A DNA stretch of 36,840 nt from Oscillospiraceae bacterium. GTDB taxonomy: Bacteria; Bacillota; Clostridia; Oscillospirales; Ruminococcaceae. Below are positions 29,316 to 36,840 of the stretch, one piece after another; position 1 is the first letter of the stretch, and every line of letters starts with the position of its first letter. The notes under the pieces were generated by a model that was not told the DNA's origin, made no database searches, and worked only from the letters and a program-made list of their open reading frames with translations. The stretch lies in NCBI GenBank assembly GCA_049298835.1, contig JBAQWI010000170.1, positions 1 to 36,840 of the forward strand, written 5' to 3'. Made by a program: the position numbers and the translations under genes.

Positions 29316-29705
29316 TTAATGCTTGGTGCAAATATCATAGACTATGTAACTGGTCTTATAGCAGCAGAACATAGAGGGTCTAAAGTATCCTCTAAACGCA
29401 GTATTAAAGGAATAGGCAAAAAACTGTGTCTATGGATACTTGTTTTAGTTGGCTGGGGCATTGACTGCTTTATAAATTATCTAGTGGGGCAGATGGGATA
29501 TGCAATTCCTTTGGCTGGCATGATATGTGCGTTGATTGTAATATGGTTATGCATAAATGAGATTATATCAATTCTCGAAAACCTCACCGATATCGGTGTG
29601 CCTATGCCTAGCTTTTTACTAAAGCTTGTAAAGTACATAAAAAAACAGGTTGAGGATAAGACAGTAATTGAGGATGTAATTGAGGAGGTAAAACAGCATG
29701 AGTAA
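29316..29705 (+). pseudogene. Phage holin (Phage_holin_4-type), N-terminally truncated and fused in frame to the structural fragment
   Basis: IIDYVTGLIAA, VSSKRSIKGIGKK, NEIISILENLTDIGVPMP motifs; usual first hydrophobic segment absent; internal ATG 29319 has no clear RBS. Confidence 0.8.
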
Positions 29706-30432
29706 AACAATATGGATTGCAATTTATGCAGCACATGGCGAGGGTGCAAATGGCGGATATGATCCAGGAGCCATTAACAGCAGATTAGGGTTACAGGAGC
29801 ATAAAATATCAGTGAAACTTTGTGAGTTTGCTCGTGATGAGCTGGCAGGTTATGAGTGTGAAGTATTTGTATTTAATTTAGATGCCTCAATGTCACTGCA
29901 AGAGATTATCGCACACGCAAACAAAAACGGTTTCGATATTATCATCGCCCCACATCTTAATGCCCACACAAGCATTGCATATGGCACAGAGGCTTACTAT
30001 TACCCTAATGACAAACGAGGTAAGTCAATAGCTGATAGCATTTGCAAAGAGTTATCTGTTACACTTGGCATCCCTCAACGCAGTAATGGTATTGATGATG
30101 GAGGCGACAAGGCGAGTACATACTTTGGTTTCGTGAGGCAGACAAAAGCTACTGCGATTTTGCTTGAAACTTGCTTTATCTCTACCGACAGCGAGGCGAA
30201 AAAGATAGACGAGGCTCACGAGCAAAAAGCTACAGGACAAGCAATTGCAAGGGGCATCGCTAAAGCCTTGGGATTGAGTAAAAAGGCAGTTGCTGTTTCA
30301 GTACCACCTACACCGACAAAACTAGGTAAGTGGTGTATTGGCGCATTTAACGAGCAGACCAAAGGCAGGGAAGACGTCAAAGTGCATTTAGATGCCCTGC
30401 GTAAGATTGGTTATGGCGTATGGTACGAGTAA
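29698..30432 (+). CDS. N-acetylmuramoyl-L-alanine amidase (Amidase_3-type endolysin)
   Basis: AAHGEG...YDPGA...QEH, PHLNA, GTEAYY, AILLETCFIS; GAGGAGG RBS; overlaps the holin stop. Confidence 0.9.
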   Translation: MSKTIWIAIYAAHGEGANGGYDPGAINSRLGLQEHKISVKLCEFARDELAGYECEVFVFNLDASMSLQEIIAHANKNGFDIIIAPHLNAHTSIAYGTEAYYYPNDKRGKSIADSICKELSVTLGIPQRSNGIDDGGDKASTYFGFVRQTKATAILLETCFISTDSEAKKIDEAHEQKATGQAIARGIAKALGLSKKAVAVSVPPTPTKLGKWCIGAFNEQTKGREDVKVHLDALRKIGYGVWYE

Positions 30433-30456
30433 AAAAATAGAATAGATGATATGAAG

Positions 30457-30485
30457 AAAGCCCACTCGTAAAGAGTGGGCTTTTT
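30457..30485 (+). terminator. Intrinsic terminator after the endolysin
   Basis: AAAGCCCACTC-GTAAA-GAGTGGGCTTTTT. Confidence 0.9.
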
Positions 30486-30515
30486 GTCGTCTATGGGAGA
30501 AATATGTAAAACTTG

Positions 30516-30544
30516 TTGATATTGTGAGAGCTTTAGTGTAAACT
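30516..30544 (+). promoter_or_regulatory. Putative sigma-A promoter of the KAP NTPase-AIPR cargo operon
   Basis: TTGATA-17 bp-TAAACT between the lysin terminator and ATG 30616. Confidence 0.55.
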
Positions 30545-30615
30545 ATATGTTAATTGGATTAATATGGATATATAAGTATTTAATGTGTTTAAAAATATTT
30601 ATGGGGGGTTATATA

Positions 30616-33600
30616 ATGCCTGAAGGCTATACTGAAAATGACAATTTTTTTATTAAAGACAATGCGTTAAAAGAGAAAAAAGAAGACTTTTTTGATTATA
30701 CGGATTACTCTGATGTTTTAAGGAGGCTGCTTTCAAGTCAAGATCCACCCTTTAATGTTGCTTTAGTTGGAAAATGGGGATTGGGAAAATCATCATTAAT
30801 AAATCTTGTGCGAGAAGATTTTAAACAAAATATAAAAGATGGTGAATATAAGTTCATCACTATTAATGCGTGGAAATATGAAAAAGAAGCACTGAGAAAT
30901 ATCTTTTTAATAAAATCATATGAAGGATTGACAGGTCGAAAAGCAGAAATAGACAAAAATAAATTTTTTAGTAAGATTTATTCATACAATGTAAAACTTA
31001 CTAAAAAAGATGATGGAAAAACCGGATGGAAAAAATTTATTAGTGATTTTTGTTCGGTTTTTGTACCATTGCTATGGGCACTGCTAAAAGCAGCAGTAGC
31101 AGCTTTATTATTATTTATAGCATTCAAAGCTACACAGTTTACTGGACTATTTCCTCCCGAAAAATTTAATGATTTATTTGTGTTTTTTGTAACCTTTGGC
31201 ATTACCACTTTGTCTACTATTGCTCAGGATGTTGTTAAAGCAATAGCAAACAAGCCGTTCGATGGTGTTCAAATTAAAGTTCCAATCACCTCTACGGAAG
31301 AATATGAACATAAATTGGATGCACAGTTAAAACAAAGACCGAAGCTAAAAAAATTTATATGTATCATAGATGATTTGGATAGACTTAATACACCAAAAAT
31401 GGTTGAGGCATTAGATGCAATAAAAGGATTTGTTGATTTCCCCAAATGTATATTTATTGTACCTTTTGACGAAGAAATCATTAAAACAGCATTGTCAAAA
31501 AGTAAAAAATGTAATCCATCTGATGGCTATGATATGGTTGAAAGTGATCTTATACTTGATAAGCTGTTTCAATTTAGATTATATTTGCCACCAATTTTAA
31601 ACAAGGATAGAGTTCCATATGCTCTGGAAATTTGCAATCAAGTTAGCGGATTAACAGAGTTGTGTAATGTAAATACTCCATCTTTTTTTAAAAATAACAT
31701 TATTCAAATATTAATACACTACTATGTCACAACACCTAGACAAATAAAGAAAATAATAAATACTTTTTCTACCAATATTCAATTAATAAATGCTAGATGT
31801 GGAGGAATTCTAAAAGTTGAACTAACTGATGATGTTATTAAAGAAATAGCTAAACTGGCAGTTCTTCAAGCGGATTACAATGAATTTTATATTGAGCTTT
31901 TTGAGCATCCAAGTTTATTGAAAAATATAATAAATATTAACAAAGATTACTGTGAATTAAGCGAAATAAAAGAGGGTGAGCAACTGCTTTCAAAAGATGA
32001 AATTGCAATTTATTTAAAATTAAAAGGTACTAAGACAATTAAAATAAAAGAGTTAATACATTTTCTGAATGCTAAAGAATATATTGAATTTAAAAACTTA
32101 CTTCCATTACTATATTTATCTTCAAGTCGTCATTATTCCGATTTGGGAAATGGGGCGCAATCTTTCTTTGAACTATTGGCTAGTGCGGACGAAGACTGTA
32201 TTCGTTATTTAAATGAATTTGAAAATCCAATTGAAATAATAATCAAAGAATTACAAAATGGAGAAGAAAATTATATTGTAAGACAGTATCTATTAGGGCT
32301 ACTAAAAATATATAAAGATATAGATGGCATTAAGCAAGAATTAGCAAATACAATTTCACAAAGTATTATAAGCTCTGGGTTGCATAATCAAGATGAAAGA
32401 AAAGGTGTTAAAATAGTTAATATTATTAATATAATTTTGGATGCTACCGATAATGAAGGATTAGAAAAACTCCTTCAAGAGAAAATACATGACATAAACG
32501 TAGATGTTGATAGTGATGATGATGAATTTGAATTATATAAAGAAATCAGTCCAATAATCGAAAAATTTAAATGCATATCTTCTGCAACGTTAAAGATATT
32601 TAAAGAAGAGGCTTTAAATGATTTTGTTGATTCTGAAGAAGTTGAAGATCTTACTCTATTAAATCTATTTGAAAGCTTAGAGTTTGAAACTACCGAAGAA
32701 ATTTGCAGTGAATTTATTGATGTAAAAGTTTTAGAGAAACTTGTCATATTATTAATAAATGAACAAAGCTGTAGCAAGAAAGTATGGAATCTTTTTATTC
32801 ATACCATTTCTATCTATCGCAAACAAAAAAGACGGAATGAGTTAATTATTATTATTTCTCCTCTTCTACGAATTTTTTATTTCGTTGATAAATTATTTGA
32901 CTTCATTACTGAATTTGTAGCCGAAAAAGATAATCAAGATGAACAGGAAATAATTTCAGATGAAAGTAAGAAGCAAATTATGCAATGTTTTTTACAAATA
33001 GAAATTACTAAAGAAAACAGTAATAGAATTTTGAATTTTGCAAATAAAATTCAGTTTGAGATGATAGACAGCCTTTCAAAAGAAATCAATACTTTTTTAT
33101 GTGCACTTTTTAAATTTGAACACTTAGATCAGATTATGAATGCAATAGCTCAGCAGGATAAATTCGAGTTGCTAGATAATGTAATTGTAAATTTTAACAA
33201 AGAATTATTTACAGATAATGCTAATATTAAGTTATTCAAAGAAACACTTAATAATTATTCCGAAGCTCAATTGTCAGACTTGATGGATAATATTGATACA
33301 TATACCAATTATTCTACAGATGATTTTGAAGCTATAGATAAGGCTTATGAAATAATTGAAATATTAATTCCATACGAAGAGGCTCAAATATCATTAAGCA
33401 GATTACTAAACATATTGGAAGATTATTTTTATTCACATTCTTCAAATTATACAGACTGGTCAAGTAGCATAGTTAAAATTTTAGGAGTTGCATTTTCTTT
33501 CATAGAACAATCTCAAAGGCAACGCTATATCGAAGAACTCAACGACATTTTCACCAATGAAACCTATATTAACCTATCGATAAAAGCATATAGATATATT

Positions 33601-34410
33601 AAGGAAAGTATTTCTGAAAGTGAAAAAAAAATAATTGTTACAAATTTATTATCAGACGAACCCCAACATGATTTGAATGAGGACTATTTCTGTGCACTAA
33701 AAAATATGGAGATTGAAATCAAAAAGGATAAAACAAATATTAAGAAATATGAACAAAAATTACTATCTATCGTTTTAATAGAAACAATGAGTTCAGATGT
33801 GCTGAATACATTTGATGAGTTAGGGCAGTTAGAAGAGTCTACTAGCGTTGAGTTGTTCAAATTGTTAAATCAACTTACCGAAGTATTTCAAAATCAAATA
33901 GTTCAAATTTTAAATAACCAAATACAATACTATGAAGATCCTTGCACTTTTATTGATTTATTATTAAATCAAAGCGATTATAACGGTGATTTATTAAATA
34001 GTATTATTATTCTAAAATCAGTTAATAATGGCAGAAGATATTTAAATAAAATTTCCTTAAAAACAAACCTAAGGGATAATAGTTCAGAGTATCTTTTGAG
34101 ATTATTACAGTTACAATCATTACATTTTGAATATTTTAAAAATCAGAGAGAAGCTACGTTTTTAATAATTGAAGCTTTATTATTGAAAAATCAAAAGAGA
34201 GTTGACATAATTGAGTTTTGTAATATTCTAAATAGTTTTACGGGTATAGTTTTTTCAATAGACCATAAAAAGAAATTAAAGTCTTGTATTTCAAATATCG
34301 AAAGGCAATGTGAAACACTAAATGAGAAAGAGGCAGTTAACAATATTAAAAATATTCTAAAATTAAACAGCAAATCTAAAAAAGTATTTAAGGAAGGTTC
34401 CATTTTATGA
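30616..34410 (+). CDS. KAP-family P-loop NTPase with two TM helices and long helical C-terminal region (1264 aa)
   Basis: FNVALVGKWGLGKSS (Walker A), INAWKYE, two hydrophobic helices inserted before ICIIDDLDRL (Walker B), ILDKLFQFRLYLPP, TPRQIKKIIN; start moved to ATG 30616 (GGGGGG RBS). Confidence 0.9.
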   Translation: MPEGYTENDNFFIKDNALKEKKEDFFDYTDYSDVLRRLLSSQDPPFNVALVGKWGLGKSSLINLVREDFKQNIKDGEYKFITINAWKYEKEALRNIFLIKSYEGLTGRKAEIDKNKFFSKIYSYNVKLTKKDDGKTGWKKFISDFCSVFVPLLWALLKAAVAALLLFIAFKATQFTGLFPPEKFNDLFVFFVTFGITTLSTIAQDVVKAIANKPFDGVQIKVPITSTEEYEHKLDAQLKQRPKLKKFICIIDDLDRLNTPKMVEALDAIKGFVDFPKCIFIVPFDEEIIKTALSKSKKCNPSDGYDMVESDLILDKLFQFRLYLPPILNKDRVPYALEICNQVSGLTELCNVNTPSFFKNNIIQILIHYYVTTPRQIKKIINTFSTNIQLINARCGGILKVELTDDVIKEIAKLAVLQADYNEFYIELFEHPSLLKNIININKDYCELSEIKEGEQLLSKDEIAIYLKLKGTKTIKIKELIHFLNAKEYIEFKNLLPLLYLSSSRHYSDLGNGAQSFFELLASADEDCIRYLNEFENPIEIIIKELQNGEENYIVRQYLLGLLKIYKDIDGIKQELANTISQSIISSGLHNQDERKGVKIVNIINIILDATDNEGLEKLLQEKIHDINVDVDSDDDEFELYKEISPIIEKFKCISSATLKIFKEEALNDFVDSEEVEDLTLLNLFESLEFETTEEICSEFIDVKVLEKLVILLINEQSCSKKVWNLFIHTISIYRKQKRRNELIIIISPLLRIFYFVDKLFDFITEFVAEKDNQDEQEIISDESKKQIMQCFLQIEITKENSNRILNFANKIQFEMIDSLSKEINTFLCALFKFEHLDQIMNAIAQQDKFELLDNVIVNFNKELFTDNANIKLFKETLNNYSEAQLSDLMDNIDTYTNYSTDDFEAIDKAYEIIEILIPYEEAQISLSRLLNILEDYFYSHSSNYTDWSSSIVKILGVAFSFIEQSQRQRYIEELNDIFTNETYINLSIKAYRYIKESISESEKKIIVTNLLSDEPQHDLNEDYFCALKNMEIEIKKDKTNIKKYEQKLLSIVLIETMSSDVLNTFDELGQLEESTSVELFKLLNQLTEVFQNQIVQILNNQIQYYEDPCTFIDLLLNQSDYNGDLLNSIIILKSVNNGRRYLNKISLKTNLRDNSSEYLLRLLQLQSLHFEYFKNQREATFLIIEALLLKNQKRVDIIEFCNILNSFTGIVFSIDHKKKLKSCISNIERQCETLNEKEAVNNIKNILKLNSKSKKVFKEGSIL

Positions 34411-34464
34411 AGTTGAAATATATGGTATATGGTAGCAAGATATACTAACAGAAAGAAAGGCAAG

Positions 34465-36309
34465 ATGAATATGGGTAATTTTAAACAACAAATTATTGAG
34501 GATATAGAGTATATTCAAAAGTCATACCAACAATATAATCCGTTTCTAGGTAAAGAAGAATATACTTTTAACTATTGGATATTAACTAAACTATATAATA
34601 TAGACGAAGAAGTAGTAGATGAAAATATCACAGAATATTGCGATTGTGGAATAGATTGTTTTGTTTATTTTGAAGAGGCTAAAGAATTATTTATTATACA
34701 AAATAAATATTATTCTGAATATACACCCGTGAACAGAAATTATGTGCAACAGGATTTTTTATTTAGACCTCTAAACGCATTAAAGAATGGTAACTACAGT
34801 AGGTCATCAACTTTGCAGAATATTTACAATAAATACAAAGGTGATAGCGATTTTAGAATTCATTTATGTATGTACGTTTCTAATGATTTGAAAGATGAAA
34901 CAGTTACTACAATGTTTGCAAAGTATCAAAATACTGACCCACAATTGCAGTGCTACGTTGATGCAAGTGTTTTTTATTTATCAGATATTAAACACCAATT
35001 TTATGAGGATAGACGTGAGGATACAAAAAAATTTCAATGCGCCTTTTATACTGTTAATGACGGAACTTTTTTGAATATTAATAAAGAAAATTATAATTTG
35101 CCGAACCTAATCGAGGCTAAGTATATACTTACTCCTGTAAGTCAAATCTATGAGATTATTAAATTATCTAAAGAAAAAGAATATCCTTTGTTTGCTGAAA
35201 ATATAAGAGAATATTTAGGCAATAAAGGCATAAATTCTAAAATTGCAAAAACGCTAGAAAACTCAGAAGATAGGGCAAACTTTTTTTATTATAATAATGG
35301 TATAACGGTTATTTGCGATAGTGTAAAAAAAGAAAATACAAACAACTCATTTTACAATAGAAAGTTTATAGCACAAAATCCTCAGATAGTTAATGGCTGC
35401 CAAACCGTCAATACAATTTATGAGGTACTTAGTAAATGCAAAGATGATGACATTATTAGTGAATTTAAAGACACATTTGTTATGCTGAAATTGTTGATAT
35501 TAGATAAGGGGAATGAATCACACGAGGCATTATATAAAAACATTGTGAAATACAATAACAGCCAAAATTCCATTAATGAGAAGGCTTTCGAGGCTAATAA
35601 AGCTTTGTTTTTTAATATGCAAAGAGACCTTGAAAAAAGAGGATTTCTACTTTCTGTTAAGCAAAGTGATAGTTATAAGTTTAGAAGTCAAAAAAAGTTT
35701 AATGAGTTTAGGCCATTACTGTCTACATATGAAGATTTATTTGCTATTAAATTTGATAAAATAGATGATGTTATTATTCCTCTTGAAAAATTCCTCCAAG
35801 TTATTTTGGCATTTAATCAAGGTGGGGATAAAGCGTTTAGCAAAAAAAGTCAAGTTCTAAAATTAGACAGCCCCATTAATGCTAGTCTTACTAATTTTAT
35901 AAAAAATAGTGGACTAACTACAGATGATTTTTTAAATATATATCTATTATTCCTAAAGGCAGAAAAGGACAAGAAACTAAGCGAGGATAAAAGAACTCCT
36001 ATACCTTATTACCTTATTGGATTTATAGGGATGAAATTAAAAAATAAATCTGTGCACATTCAAAAAATAACACTTGAATATATTTTTAAAAATAAAGAAA
36101 ATCTTCAAAATATTTATTCATACTTTAAAAATGTAACAAAATCATATAAAATAAATTATAAAAGACTTAAAGATATTGAATATAATCAGATGATAAAATC
36201 TCCAATTGATAATCAGATACTATTTAATTCTTTTGAAGATACTTTAGAATTAGAGGATTCCTCTATAGTTAAAAATACAGTTCGTATTTTTAACCAAATT
36301 ATTATTTAG
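34465..36309 (+). CDS. AIPR-family protein with N-terminal PD-(D/E)xK/Mrr-like nuclease motif
   Basis: AIPR motifs LFAENIREYLG, FFYYNNGITVIC, PQIVNGCQT, YNNSQNSI; N-terminal DCGID...LFIIQNKY; start uncertain (34429, 34465 or 34471). Confidence 0.88.
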   Translation: MNMGNFKQQIIEDIEYIQKSYQQYNPFLGKEEYTFNYWILTKLYNIDEEVVDENITEYCDCGIDCFVYFEEAKELFIIQNKYYSEYTPVNRNYVQQDFLFRPLNALKNGNYSRSSTLQNIYNKYKGDSDFRIHLCMYVSNDLKDETVTTMFAKYQNTDPQLQCYVDASVFYLSDIKHQFYEDRREDTKKFQCAFYTVNDGTFLNINKENYNLPNLIEAKYILTPVSQIYEIIKLSKEKEYPLFAENIREYLGNKGINSKIAKTLENSEDRANFFYYNNGITVICDSVKKENTNNSFYNRKFIAQNPQIVNGCQTVNTIYEVLSKCKDDDIISEFKDTFVMLKLLILDKGNESHEALYKNIVKYNNSQNSINEKAFEANKALFFNMQRDLEKRGFLLSVKQSDSYKFRSQKKFNEFRPLLSTYEDLFAIKFDKIDDVIIPLEKFLQVILAFNQGGDKAFSKKSQVLKLDSPINASLTNFIKNSGLTTDDFLNIYLLFLKAEKDKKLSEDKRTPIPYYLIGFIGMKLKNKSVHIQKITLEYIFKNKENLQNIYSYFKNVTKSYKINYKRLKDIEYNQMIKSPIDNQILFNSFEDTLELEDSSIVKNTVRIFNQIII

Positions 36310-36400
36310 TATATATGCATATTATAATTTAAATGTAAATATATAAATTTAACAAGTTATCTTATAACAACACCTCGCATAACAATTATCCCATTATCGT

Positions 36401-36444
36401 AAAGTAGGGATACTAAGTGTATGAGTTCTCTCGCACCAATTGTA
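36401..36444 (+). repeat. attR: integrase-binding arm plus direct repeat
   Basis: TCTCTCGCACCAATTGTA at 36427-36444; AAAGTAGGGATAC (36401-36413) is the exact reverse complement of GTATCCCTACTTT (28155-28167). Confidence 0.9.
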
Positions 36445-36489
36445 GACACCGGTAAACATTATGTTTGTCGGTGTTTTTTATTTTTTTTT
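36445..36489 (+). terminator. Original tRNA-Leu terminator, displaced by the integration
   Basis: GACACCGGTAAACA-TTA-TGTTTGTCGGTGTT hairpin (with G-U pairs) and long T-run directly after attR. Confidence 0.8.
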
Positions 36490-36840
36490 AAACATTAACA
36501 TTGCAATATAATGTAATATTTTATTAAATACAAACATACTAAGAACATTTTTCGTTAAAAATAATGCACTTTGTGCCTTACAGTGGATCATAGTCAATAA
36601 AGTAGACAGGACGCCGTAGGGACTGTGGTCAGACTCACTCTAAGCTGGAGATTTTCTTTGTCGGCGGATTTTCTCAGTAACAGTAAGCTATGATACAGAA
36701 TAAGGCGTATAATCCAGAGTTTTTGCCTACACACCAAAAGAAACTATTTAATATATTGTGTCATTTTTGGAGTTTACGCAAAAGTTGAAAAAGAGCCACG
36801 TTTTCAGGAGCTTCAAATCTAAGAAAACTGTGAATTAGTT

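Larger units (their letters stand above)
28140..36444. mobile_element. 8.3-kb degenerate prophage / defence island integrated in tRNA-Leu
   Basis: 18-bp direct repeats at both ends, serine recombinase remnant at attL, phage structural/holin/amidase remnants, AT-rich cargo, displaced tRNA terminator after attR. Confidence 0.9.

Noticed and set aside
30547..30615. Longer N-terminus for the KAP NTPase
   Set aside because: ATG 30547 lies immediately after the predicted -10 box with no RBS; ATG 30616 has a G-rich RBS.
708..35764. Remaining short ORF-track entries nested in or antisense to long genes (e.g. 708-1052, 3957-4217, 8235-8486, 14904-15212, 21334-21651, 24107-24460, 30738-31481, 32475-32777, 35576-35764)
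   Set aside because: They overlap well-supported CDSs and show no recognisable motifs; treated as shadow ORFs.
1..36840. CRISPR array, retron/reverse transcriptase, or invertible promoter
   Set aside because: I saw no regularly spaced repeats, cas or RT motifs. The 13-bp inverted pair at 28155 and 36401 is explained as attP arms rather than inversion sites.

Overview
AT-rich chromosomal window from a probably spore-forming clostridial Firmicute (inferred from gene content). Bases 1-26.9 kb are mostly ordinary: a TlpA/CcdA thiol-redox pair, an Fe-S aldo/keto reductase-ECF S component-DUF1893-like operon converging on an ASKHA/RACo-type corrinoid activator, cardiolipin synthase, a 59-aa small gene missed by the ORF track, a Wzx/Wzy-type polysaccharide cluster, an SGNH protein plus lipoprotein, a BceRS-BceAB-type module with its operator, a flavin reductase-rubredoxin fusion and a SpoVB-like flippase. 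Bases 26.9-36.5 kb are accessory. A frameshifted 1.08-kb IS481-like element with an unusually long 25-bp target duplication precedes tRNA-Leu(GAG). An 8.3-kb element is integrated in the tRNA 3' end (18-bp direct repeat at 28140-28157 and 36427-36444; a symmetric serine-integrase attP can be reconstructed). It is a collapsed prophage (N-terminally deleted serine recombinase, structural-gene/holin fusion, amidase) that keeps an intact two-gene cargo with its own promoter: a 1264-aa membrane KAP-family NTPase and an AIPR-family protein with an N-terminal nuclease-like motif. This pair is the best candidate for an undescribed anti-phage system. All family calls come from motif recognition by eye; no database search was run.
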